DNA of 64,000 nucleotides from Strigamia acuminata (taxonomy: Eukaryota). The position numbers were made by a program, and so were the translations under genes. The notes beneath the pieces were generated by a model, which saw only the letters and a list, made by a program, of their open reading frames with translations, was not told the DNA's origin and ran no database searches. How positions within the stretch are numbered: the stretch's first letter is position 1; every line of letters begins with the position of its first letter. Where the stretch lies: the NCBI GenBank assembly GCA_949358305.1, contig OX442314.1:12710001-12774000 (forward strand), in the 5' to 3' direction. This document shows, piece after piece, positions 10,059 through 20,983 of this stretch.

Positions 10059-11645
10059 TGTGATGATTACAAATCAATAGTTGTCAATGTTCACCATAGA
10101 TGGCGCTGTTTAACCAACGCGCGTATTTCAAACTCGGTTAAAAACTAAAAAGTGTGATAAATAATTATTTAGACACGGTGAATAAAATATAACTATTTTA
10201 TTCGATATAAATTAAGTATTAATTACTTGATGATGTTGATTCTATCGAATCAATGTCCACTTTACTTACCTGTCGAAGGGAACCAATCGGACCCTTCCGG
10301 ACCCCAACTGGGCCCATCTGGACATAGTCACATATTAGGTCCGGACTAGTGACCCACGAATCCGCCGATTCGTACGCTGATTGGCTGTCGCCAATCTAGT
10401 AGTTCTACAGAACTATATAAGCATCAGTTTTCCACTTCCCCAAGGCTTGGCTTGATAACTGTAAATGTCTGTAATTGAATTGTTGTTATCGTTTGATTTC
10501 ACTTTCTTATCGACACATCAGGCCTCCTCAGCTCTCAATGGATATGTAGACTTACTATCTCGTTATTGCTTGTTGTAAGGCCCATCTGGGAAGGCTAACC
10601 TTGTAGACATGTTAACAACATGAAATGGCCCCGTAGTGTTAGCCAGCTGTTCTAAGGGACAGTAGGATTTCATACGGTGGCATAGTGTAGTGCTCATGCA
10701 CGGGATTGACTAACCCGTTAAATAAATGTCAAACTATATGATCGGTGATAGTCGCATCTATCTGAGCGATTCCTCGGACGAGGGTCAGACGCTCTGCCAA
10801 GGGCATGTGTGCGGGAGGTCCCACCCGAGCACGAAACAAACACGGACAAATGCTATTCCAGGGCGAATTGCGTATCATAGGTCCTTCCGTACTTTAGTGG
10901 TCGGTGAATGGCATATTTAAAGGCACACTACGCCGGGTTGGTAGCCCGTGAGAATTGTCCGTGAAGACATTTCGTTAAACAATTACTCAGGTATTGGTAA
11001 TCCTGGAATTGGTAAATCCATAGGAATGTTCACCCGGTGGTTGGTACCACCGATAGCGATGTAAAGCGTACAAACAAATACTCGGCGCCTGATCACGAGA
11101 TCTTGTCGTCGTAAGGCGTGCTGGCGGATGGAGTCTCAACAACTCCCGCGACGTTCTCTCAATTGTCGTGACGGTCCCCGCCCAATCATTATTTATATAA
11201 CAATTCATTTGTTATATTACTTTAATCACTTTACTTTTATTCATTTGGAACATGGAATATTCTGCCGAATATTCCGATTAATGCGAAGGACTCTTCGCAT
11301 ATTTAGATATTCGAGCTGCGGACCAAATACGTCTCCGTAGCGATATTTGTGACGATGCCGCAAGTCAGCCGTATCCCTCTGGCTTCGCCCGGATCCTCAA
11401 CCAGTTGATGCCGCCCGTTTACACGCGTCAAGAACCCATTTACTGTTATCATTAATATTTAGTAATAAATATGTTAAGTCACACTAAAACTGTAAGTTAT
11501 TTCTATTCGATCACATATTCATGTTTGTAAGGGCTTCCGTAGCTTATCTCGGTTAGGTTGTTGCTAAACTTAGCAACGTCTTGTATAAACCGAATTATCT
11601 ATCTTAAAAGGACTAATAAATTGGCCCAAAAGTAGAATCGTCACA
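10059..11645 (+). repeat. 3' LTR of element A (~1587 bp)
   Basis: Starts TGTGATGATT after PPT GGGGGA and ends AATCGTCACA (9/10 terminal inverted match); TATATAA near 10410. The partner LTR is not in the window, so the ends are unconfirmed by comparison. Confidence 0.78.
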
Positions 11646-12239
11646 ATGTGACAAAAATAAACAATGTAAACATATGTTAAATAAAGAAAAGGTGATTACA
11701 AAATTGGTGTTTTAAAATGGATTTGTTTACTTGGTGGCTCCGTGTTTCAAGGAGTTCGAGAAAGCCGTTTGGTTTTTATCTTCAACTGCAAATATGGATG
11801 CGCATATCGTCTTTGTTGGTCGAATGGTTGCGACCGATCGGTCTCAGTCTAGCGGTCCATCTGCCGACGAAATTCAACTTTGCATCAACAAACAAAGACA
11901 AATCAAACACAACGGCGCGAGTTCAGCGCGTGAGATTTCAAATTCATTTCATCGAGCAATGCGAGTTTCGCCTTTCATTTTCGAATGTCGGACGAAAAGG
12001 GCTAAGAGCCTTTCGGCTTCTTTTCAAAAAGAACACGAAATTAAATCAATTTGGTAAAATAATTTGGTAGCAGCAAATTGATTCAGGTATTTGCCGTCAT
12101 TTATTCTGAATTTAAAATAAAAGTGAGAAGTGAAATAGAATTTCTGTTTCTGTACACAACGACCAATCAATCAATCCATCGATTTCAAAGAACAAACAAT
12201 GGAGAAAGTTTGTGTTCACAACGTCCTTGGATGACAAAG

Positions 12240-13400
12240 AGAAAAACGACTTACGACGACGACGAGTTGCCTCGCTTATTCCGGTTCTTGTTGCCTGTCA
12301 AATTGAATTGTTGTCACGCATTTGCCCATCGTGCTGCCAAATGTTTTACCGCCCAACGTGTTCTCCAACGTGGTGCGCAAGATTCAGGAGGAGGCGCGCC
12401 GACATCCCTGTCGGCACTGCTCCTTCTGTACCATCATTCTGGACGCTAACCTCAAGATCTTCGGTGTCTCAATCAGGAATGTCTCAAAGTGACGTACAGG
12501 TGACGAAAAAAGAAAAAGGAATAAATAAAATGCTAATTTCGTTTGTAAATGAAGGTTTTGCTTGGAACTGAACCACCTCCCGCTGCGCGGCGACGCGATC
12601 GAGCCGAAACCTGAAGTGTATTTCCGCACGTACGTCGAGGACCAGATGACGGACGCGTTGGTGCGCACGTGTCCTCGGTGCAAGCGGCGCATCATCAAAA
12701 AACACGGCTGCAACTGGATGACGTGCACGTGCGGCCAAGTGTGTCGCGAGGCCATCAAGAACTATAAGCATTTCGAGAACGAAAAGTGAGTTAATGATTG
12801 ATGAGTCACAAAAGTTAATGAATCTCATTTCAACTCACTTGTCAGTTGTCCTCAATTCTCCAACGATGCGTCTGGAGGTGCAGGAGGCAAGAAGGAGCAG
12901 TGCGGACATGACTCGAGGTCCGGGATGTCGGCATGCTGGATCTCCTCCTGCTGAATCTGGCGCATCGATCTCATCGCAACTTAGCGGAAGGTGATTCGGT
13001 TCTATTTTTTTTTCACCTGCACGTCACTTTGAGACATTCCGGGTTCAGACAGCGAAAGATCTTGACGTTGGCGTCTGGCATGGTGGTCCAGGAGGAGCTG
13101 TGCGGACACCATTCGAGGTCCGGGATGTCGGCACGCTGGATCTCCCCCTGAATCTTGCGCATGACGTTGAAGAATAACTTGGGCGGAAAAACGTTCTGAA
13201 GCACGATCGGCGGGAACTCGCTCTCGCAGTACGGGTCGAGGCATGGGAACTCGTACTTGTCCTGGCCGATGCGCACCTCGGCATGGCGCCAAATGCAGGT
13301 TGTGCAGAACAAGTGGCCGAATGTAGCGACGAGCAAAGTTGGTGTCGCTCGGACGACAATGTTTCGTACGCCTCGTGCCGCGTCGACGTCTTCTACTCCG
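12240..13400. pseudogene. Scrambled fragments of an RNF216/TRIAD3-like RBR E3 ligase gene on both strands
   Basis: Minus ~13016-13336: GHLFCTTCIWRHAE...FPCLDPYC...LEWCPH...IFRCLNPECLKVTCR (RING1-IBR). Plus 12562-12786: NHLPLR...RTYVEDQMTDALVRTCPRCKRRIIKKHGCNWMTCTCG (RING2/Rcat). Degenerate duplicates at ~12240-12500 (+) and ~12860-12985 (-). A RING1 start lies separately at ~14880-14960 (-). Confidence 0.75.
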
Positions 13401-13863
13401 ACAACGTCTTTGTTATCAAATCAAATAAAGTCAAATGTTAAACGATATATGGATGGACTGCTTAGTTTACTAGACCTTTACTAACAAAACTGCTGCAAAA
13501 TTTAAAAGAGAGAAGAAATTGTGGATCTTTACATTACATCATCAGACGTGTGACAACCATAACACGTTGGGTGAAAATAAAACCGTTTGTCAACAGAAAT
13601 TGAAGAATTCAGATAAAATATCTCAATTTACAAATAAATATTCTAAACTAATGAGAAAAAAAAATATAGCTTATTTAACAAATGAAATAATAATAATAAT
13701 AAATAATAATACAATTTAAAAAAAAAATATTTTTAAACATAAGCATCGTCTTTTTAATCTGAATAAGAAAAAAATAAATAATAAAAAAGAATAAAAATTA
13801 ATACAATTTTTGCAATTTTCTTCTTTTTCAGCCTTCGTTTCAACGTTTCCTCCGCTTTTCTCT

Positions 13864-14283
13864 TCAGCTGGTTTCACGCTGCACGCGCTTCAACTCCTTT
13901 TCCAATCTCTCGTTTTCCTTCTTCATTTTATCGCCGCCAGATGGGCCTCTATCTCTCTCTCCGCTCCCGTTACTTTTAAACGTGAAAAACAATTCCCGGT
14001 TCGCTGTTTTCTCGCCTAAACAGACCGTGTCGCCATTTTTCAGTCCCGTGGCTCCGCGTGCCATCAATTTCACCTCATTAACATAAATTCCAGTCCTACT
14101 CTGTCGATTGTTCAAAAAAAAATCATGAAATGATCAATAACACGCATTCTATCGTACGACTACATTATTATCCGCCACGTGCCACGCATCCTTACGTCTG
14201 GTAAATATCGCGTGAATCCGTGACACACATGGCGAATAGATGGTGAAATCGGCGTCGACGGCCCAACCAATGGTAAACTGAGA
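13864..14283 (-). pseudogene. Two-exon FHA-domain fragment followed by a short coiled coil
   Basis: Manual translation: QFTIGWAVDADFTIYSPCVSRIHAIFTRRKDAWHVADNN | GT..AG intron 14163-14101 | SRTGIYVNEVKL...LKNGDTVCLG. This matches the FHA pattern (IGR, SRxHA, NGxxVN, LxxGDxIxLG); early stop at 13864. Confidence 0.72.
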
Positions 14284-17203
14284 TGCAAACAACTCGATTA
14301 AATTCATTAAAACTCAATAAACAACTAATTTATTTACCAAATCCTTATTTAGGGCGATTATTCTATCGACTACGTGTGTGGAAGCATCTGGGCGAGTGCT
14401 TTTCTTGTACGAAACTAAAAGTGCTCCCAATTCTATTTCCGGATTCATTTTCTAATTCAGCTGTACCTTTATTAACGTGTGGTAAAACCACCCGTGTAGG
14501 GACTTCGACGTCGTTTCGTATCATGCGCCTTTTACAGAAGACAGAAGAAACTATAGCAATCGCACAACCAATCACAACCGAGCAAACAATAAACACAAAC
14601 TTGCCACTTTGAAATTTCAAACGACCTGAATAACTGAATCAATTTGCTGCTATCAAATTAAATCAATAAAACCGCCGGTTTTCTTGATTTAATTTCGTGT
14701 TCTGAAGCCGAAAAGGGCCTTTTCGTCCGACATTCGAAAATGAAAGCCGAAACTTGCATGGCTCGATGAGATGAATTTGAAATTTCACGCGCTGAACTCG
14801 CGCTGTTGTGTTTGATTTGTCTTTGTTTATTGATACAAAGCTGAATTTCGTCGGCAGATGGACCGCTAGACGGAGATCGGAGCACTGGTGCATGTCTTGG
14901 ATGAGCAGTTCGTCCTCGGAGAAGCAATTGCACGTCATCAGTTCGTTCTTTTTTCCCGTCGTTGCAATTTTTATCTGGCGCTCTGTTTTTTTGTCCTTTT
15001 TTTTTAATTCTACAAAAGGAATTAAATGCTTTTCTTTAATTCGAGTAAATTGTGATTGTTAGCTAATCATTTATTAATTCATTTTAATATCGACCGTAAA
15101 AAATTTCTTTAGCATCCCAAGCCGAAACAAACATACACCAAACAATAAAAACAAACGGCCAATTAAGCTTAGTCCGCTCCAAACTTGGCCCGCCTTAAAC
15201 TAAATATCTCATTTCACTTACAACACAAGTCTATGACAAAACATAATACTATTATGTTTTATATAAAGTTTTTAAAAATGTTCCATAATTACTTCTATTA
15301 TGATAATAGAAGTAATTACGGAACATTTTTAAAAACTGTATATACGCAATGGCCTTATCACGAAGGCGTGGACTTGATTTATTTTTTGTCTTAAAAACTG
15401 CTGGTCATCGAATAGGATGAGCGGGCTGGCTAGTAGAGAAAATACAAAAATTTTAACTAAGTTTATATGATGATAGTTTTCCAGATGAGTGAAAATTTAG
15501 ATTTTATTTCCTGTCTAGAAAACTGTGTGAGTTTACACGGCGTTAGTTTACTTACGGTAATTACCCCTAATGCATTAACACAAAAACCAAAATGGCTGTC
15601 GATCTACTTCAATTCAAGCCTTAAACCAACCAAATTTAGCACGTGTAACTTGATCCAAAAGGAAGAAGTATTTGTAAAAACTCGAGTTCTTAGTAATAGC
15701 AGGGACGTGCGTGTTCGAGGGAAATGAGACGTTGAAGTGCGGAGAAGCCAACTTTCAGCAGGAGTTTTTGAGCGAATAACCCGCAACAGGAAGTCGGCGA
15801 TAAGTGTCATAAATTATGCTAAATTATCTTTTGTTCCCGGGAATATTGAAATGTAAATCCCAAGAAATTACAATAAACTTGTTCTCAACCTAAAAAAACA
15901 TGTTTTTATTGCTCGAATCCAGAAAGCTAGAAAATCAGTAATTATACAAAGTTTTAATCAAAATTAATGAAAATCGACTTTGCGAATCTTCATAGTATTA
16001 ACCTTTTTACACCCTGTGGTATCAGACTTACCCAGAACTATAACATTGGAACTTGAATTGATGTATAACGTGTGTAATGTTTGAGGGGCACTCAGGACCC
16101 ACTTGCTATTGGGCAAGCTGGCCCTATTGCCAGTCCGCCACTGCTTTGCGCTCATACTGGATGGATAGTTTCAGAAGGTTTAATATCACCGCAAATCCTC
16201 CAATAGAATGCGGGTGTGTGATCTAATTTCAAAATCCAGATTGTTTCTTCCTCCTATCATAAGAGAGACCCGCGCATTCTGAAAGGATCTTGCATGATTT
16301 CTGCGCAAAATCCCGCATTTTATTATTCCGTGTGCGATGCACAGAAGATTCAAGGGGATGTTTTAATTTTGTCCTCCGAATTGATACGAAAGAAAACGTT
16401 GAATTTCAAGCACCACAAAAATGAAGGAATTCTCCCACAATTCTTGAACCAATTTTGTAAATTTTATAAAGATAGAAAAACAAATAAAAACATAATAAAA
16501 AACACAAGAATACACGAAGACCATTCAATTTCCAAGAACAATAAAAAATAATACTCCGTAGTTAATTATTGCTTTTTGTTAAATTCCCTACACCCATACA
16601 GTAAATGGAATGCCGGTTTACAATACCAACTCTATTATGACCAGAGCTCTCTTTTAGTTTGACCCAGAGGTGACCACGAGGAGGTAGAGAGTTGGATTTT
16701 ACACCCCCTACTCAAATAACATAATATAACCAGCACACAAAAACCCGATATAAACACCATTTTGAGGCAAAACTTTAAAAATTCAAATGAAACATTAATT
16801 ATCCCTGGGATTTCCTAGATTTTGGAGGAGAATTAAATCGAATTGATCTTGATCACAAAAACAAAAAACACCACTGACTAGAGAAGAAAAAAAAATACAC
16901 AAGCTACAAAAAATATTCAAATTCAAACGAAAGTCCCTACAAAATGACAAAGAAACTTTGAAAAAGACAAAAACGTACAAGCAAAAAGTCATTTCCTAAG
17001 CCCATTGTAAACATTTTTTCAGAGTTGGATTAAGCCTAAAATGGAATGGAAACAAGAAATATTTACTATAATCAAACCATCGACTGAAAATACAATCCTA
17101 ATCCAGTTCCACAATATAATTCTCAATATAGCTTAATTCTGCTTAAACAACGGACGAAAACGAGTGAAATAGAATGAACAACGCAAACCCGCGACCGCTG
17201 CTA

Positions 17204-17540
17204 CGCTGACGCCACCTTCTTACTATTCCCAATAATCTCCAGCAACTCCTCGTCGCTCACGAAATAAAACCTCGGAAACGACGACCGCTGGCGCTCCAAA
17301 TAATCACCGAGCGCCTTCTGAATCTTCCCCAACAAGTCCGCCAAGCGCTCCAACGAGCGCTGCACGGCCGGGATGTTGAGCACGTCCATCACCATCGGCG
17401 ACTTGTCCACTTCCTTCATCAGAGTCAAGAACTCCGAGCTGATGCTCTGAAAGCGCGTCGATCCAGACGTCAAACAGCGCGTTGATGCGTTTCAGCGTCT
17501 CCTCCCAGGTGAGCGCCTCCTTCTCGAAGTCCTTGTAGTC
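17204..17540 (-). pseudogene. DYNC1H1: Isolated fragment of cytoplasmic dynein heavy chain with an internal deletion
   Basis: [27 protein letters not shown] is joined out of frame at ~17458 to [15 protein letters not shown]...[46 protein letters not shown], a recognisable dynein-1 linker-region sequence. GC-rich island; no further exons seen nearby. Confidence 0.85.
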
Positions 17541-17559
17541 CTTGTAGTCCTAGCATAGG

Positions 17560-17710
17560 GCTAATGGGGCTTGGACCCAGGGCCCCCAAATTTTAAGAAG
17601 CCCCCAAGACACACGGCAATGTACTAAAAAAAAAAAAAGGTTGCTATTAAAAATTGTGATAAAGGGGCCCCGAAAAAACCTCAAACCCCGAAAAGCTAGA
17701 TCCGCCCCTG
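17560..17710. mobile_element. Truncated DNA-transposon (hAT-like MITE) end
   Basis: GGGCCCC subterminal motifs and terminus GATCCGCCCCTG. Similarity to the 3' flank of the 26970 paralogue stops exactly here. Only one end seen. Confidence 0.4.
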
Positions 17711-17718
17711 CATGTACC

Positions 17719-19008
17719 CTATGTCATGTATTCAAGATCAAGTTGAAGATGCAAATTTTGAACTTGAACATAATTTCTAATCTCATCACAAGCTGGTTTG
17801 TCCATACTATGGCAGTTAGAAATTAACAAATCATTTAGCAGATTCTTCATTGATACCAATTTAAAAACTGTTGCTGAACTTATTAAGTGACATTGATAAA
17901 TGCCCAAGATCGTGAGATTTTGCAATAAATTCATATCAATGAGCTTTGTGATCAAGTTATCGGAAAAAGATTGACATCTCAAAACGTGTAGACTATCTAA
18001 ATTAACGGAATTTCCAAGTAACATTTGCAAATCTTGTTCGGATATTGTGTTTTGTTGTTCACTCGGTCCTTCACAAATGTATAGTGTACGTAGATTTCTG
18101 AATGGAACCTGATTGGATACGGTTTTAAAATTGTAAGAACAAGTTGTTTTAACACAGATTGAACAACGGCTCAATTTTAAACTTTTTAACATTGGACAGA
18201 AAAAGCCGATTTGCTGAATATTGACTGGACCAATCTGATACAGTTCCAAGTTAGTTAGTCGTCCCATTGTTTTGGATAGTACTGATACAACTATTTCATT
18301 AAAGCAGTTTGTGAATGTAGGTAGCCAAAATTCAATCGTATATAAATTTGGAAATATTTGTGTGACCATGCTGAGATCGTCATCTGTCCACTCACGCAGA
18401 CTTATACTTTCGAGGGAATATGGGTTTAGCATTTTGTTGGATTTAAAATCTTGTTTTAGGAGTGGAAATAATTTGACATCACAATCTAATTTTCTTAGCA
18501 AATGCAGATTTTTTACAAGTTGTAAACATAAATTTGCCGTAACATTCGTTTCGCAAATGTTTAAATATTCAAGTTTCATATTGCTAGTAATCAGCTTGGC
18601 TAAAATCAAATCTGAGATCTCATCGTTTCTGTTCAAGTAAAGACGTTGTAGGTTGGGCAAATGTTTCACCAATCGTATTAAGCAGTCAGATGAAATTCCA
18701 AGGTATGCTAAATCTAGTTCTGCCAGGTTTTTACACACTTCGATAATTTTATCTACAACTTCGTGTATGTGCAGAGCGGAAAACCGGGCCAAATGACACA
18801 ATGATCGCGTGTCAGGACGAATAAATTCATCGGCATGCAAACGATGTTGAAATGCCGTTTTATCGTTCCGAACATAACGAACAACGCGTGGATATATCTT
18901 ATTAACCAATTGAGGTGGAAAGTTAATAAGGCGTATTTTGTCATAATGTGCGGCGATTGTGTTCAAACACAATTCTTCCAAACCCGATGCTGATTTTCTA
19001 CTTGGCAT
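17719..19008 (-). CDS. BC-box/LRR family paralogue 1 (429 aa), putative CRL2-type substrate receptor
   Basis: Intronless ORF; SGLEELCLNTI...FPPQLVNKIY, then ~9-10 LxxLxL repeats with Cys (FBXL/AMN1-like). Confidence 0.85.
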   Translation of the reverse strand: MPSRKSASGLEELCLNTIAAHYDKIRLINFPPQLVNKIYPRVVRYVRNDKTAFQHRLHADEFIRPDTRSLCHLARFSALHIHEVVDKIIEVCKNLAELDLAYLGISSDCLIRLVKHLPNLQRLYLNRNDEISDLILAKLITSNMKLEYLNICETNVTANLCLQLVKNLHLLRKLDCDVKLFPLLKQDFKSNKMLNPYSLESISLREWTDDDLSMVTQIFPNLYTIEFWLPTFTNCFNEIVVSVLSKTMGRLTNLELYQIGPVNIQQIGFFCPMLKSLKLSRCSICVKTTCSYNFKTVSNQVPFRNLRTLYICEGPSEQQNTISEQDLQMLLGNSVNLDSLHVLRCQSFSDNLITKLIDMNLLQNLTILGIYQCHLISSATVFKLVSMKNLLNDLLISNCHSMDKPACDEIRNYVQVQNLHLQLDLEYMT

Positions 19009-19522
19009 ATTAGATGGTCAGCCTTCAACGGAATGATTACTGATCCGTTAAGCATCGCTTAAATAGAACTTGTAAACGTACTGTGAAGTATTGCATATCA
19101 CATTACACTTGGGATAACGAAATGATCCGTGAAGCATCGCTTAAATAGAACTTGTAAACACACTATTGACGTTCAGTGACAATTGATTTCGTTCACCAAA
19201 CGCACACACCGTAATTAATTTAAATTTTATTTTGACCTTTTACTTTCAGATTAGTTAAAGATACAGACTGAAGCAAAAAATAATTTAGGCTGGGAATAAA
19301 AGTAATTTATTAAAATTGACAGTATTCTTTAACCAATTAAGTCAATAATAAAATCTACAATCACAAAAGGAAAGTTAACGAACCAGTAATCAATTAATTT
19401 AAACTAATGATTTTTATTTAAAAACAAAACAAAACAACGGGACCTATAGATCTAGACTAGATCATGATTGAACACTATTCGGTCAACCCAAGAACAGTTG
19501 ATTAGGTTTGGGTGACTTAAAG

Positions 19523-20980
19523 TTATGGATATGTATCGGAATGATGAAGCTCAAGATGCAAATTCTCACCTTGAATGTAATTTTCAATTGTAACCCAAGC
19601 TGCATCGTCGATACTTGGACAACTAGCAATGTACACTTCATTTAGTGAATTTTTCATTGCTAGCAATTTGAAAACTGATGCGGAACTAATCGAAAAACAC
19701 ATAATAATAGTAAGCTTTCTGAGATTTTGCAGTAAATTCAAGTTGATGAGCTCAATGATCAAGCTATCCGAAAAGGATTCACAACTTAAAAGAGACAGGC
19801 TTTGTAAATTAATAGAATTTAGCAATAACATGCGCAAATCTTGTTCGCCTATCAATGTAAGCTCCGTCAATGTAACTGGGTCGTACGGTACTTGATGAAT
19901 TTTCAGTTTACGTAGTCTTCGGAATGGCAGCCGATTGGACGCAGTTTTTGAATTATGCGATGTTTCAACGTTGATTGAACAATAGCTCAATTGTAAACTC
20001 TCCAACACTGGGCAGAAAATGTCAATTTGCTCAATATTGACTAGACCAATCCTGAACAGTTTTAAGCTGGTTAGTCTTCCCATTGTTTTGCATAGTAATG
20101 GTGCAACTTTATCATTAAAACAGTTCCAGTATTCAACTTTCCGTAGCGGATCAAAGACAATTTTACGTAAATTCGGAAACATTTGTGCGACGATGCTGGG
20201 ATCATCAATTGTCCATTCTCGCAGCGTTACATTTTCGAGAGAGTATGTGCGACACATTTAATTGCGATTAAAGTTTTGTTTTAGGAGTCTCGATAAGTCT
20301 CTCCACATGTCGCGATCAGAATCTAATTTCTTTAGAAGCGGTAGATTTTCTACAAGTTGTAAACATCCATTAACCGTAACATTCGTTTTGCAAATGTTTA
20401 AATATTCAAGTTTCAGGTTGCTCGTAACGATCTCGGCTAAAACCCAATCTGTGATTCCACTAGCTGCATTCAAAAACTAACATATTTTGTGTTTTACTTC
20501 AATTTTAAACCAAAAATGACATCATTTCCTGTTTAAACCCATGTTAAAACTTAAAATACACTTAAACTAAAATTGTTATTTCAATTTTTGAATGCAGCTA
20601 CTGTTTTCTTCGAAGTTAAGACGCCGAATGTTGGGCAAATGTTTCGCCAATGTGATTACACATTCCGATGGAACTTGCGTGCATGACAAAGCTAGGTCTA
20701 TCAGGTTCTTACAAACGCGGATTATTTTATCTACAACTTCGTGCGTGGACACGTAGGAAAACCAGTGCGTAAGATCTAAAGATCTTGTGCCAGGACGAAT
20801 AAAATCATCCGGATCCGGATGAAAACGATCACAAAAATCGGAATCAACAGAGTGTAGATATATATTATTAATCAGTGTGTCAGGAAAACGGATAAGTTGA
20901 TGGCGTATGTTGTCGTAATGTGTTTCGATTGTGTTCAAACACAATTCTTCCAAGCTGAACGCGGATTTTTTAAACGGCAT
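19523..20980 (-). pseudogene. BC-box/LRR paralogue 2, disrupted
   Basis: Three collinear ORF pieces. A 138-bp MITE sits at 20462-20599, and an in-frame TAA at 20258-20260 stands where paralogue 4 has GAA. A LINE separates the ATG from its promoter motif. Confidence 0.88.
20462..20599. mobile_element. 138-bp MITE with 3-bp TSD
   Basis: 15-bp TIR AGCTGCATTCAAAAA...TTTTTGAATGCAGCT with ACT on both sides. Removing it plus one TSD restores E-N-S-G-I-T-D in the host ORF. Confidence 0.85.
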
Positions 20981-20983
20981 GTC

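Larger units (their letters stand above)
1..11645 (+). mobile_element. Ty3/gypsy LTR retrotransposon A (gag, pol, ORF3, 3' LTR); 5' LTR lies upstream of the window; possibly Osvaldo/Woot-like lineage
   Basis: gag with a CCHC knuckle, pol in PR-RT-RH-IN order, polypurine tract at 10051-10056, then a TG...CA-bounded LTR. The long LTR and integrase tail motif WKQTHILS..A...A..A.KRDGP suggest the lineage (from recollection, not a search). Confidence 0.93.
11848..14870. repeat. Inverted duplication: ~11848-12075 (+) versus ~14640-14870 (-)
   Basis: Near-identical translations from opposite strands (SSGPSADEIQLCINKQRQIKHN...). Confidence 0.8.

Noticed and set aside
10760..10845. Possible hammerhead ribozyme in the LTR of element A (CTGAGCGA...GAAAC with local hairpins)
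   Set aside because: The core does not match CUGANGA and I could not build stems I-III around a cleavage triplet; an Infernal/RNAmotif search would be needed.
11717..12070. Protein-coding gene in the duplicated segment
   Set aside because: Two overlapping frames are open, neither has a recognisable motif, and the inverted copy has indels.
17719..19008. Annotating the LRR family as F-box/FBXL or naming it PRAME/ZYG11
   Set aside because: The LRRs are FBXL-like, but the N-terminus fits a BC-box (SLxxxCxxxI) better than an F-box. Orthology to named genes cannot be established by eye, so no symbol was given.
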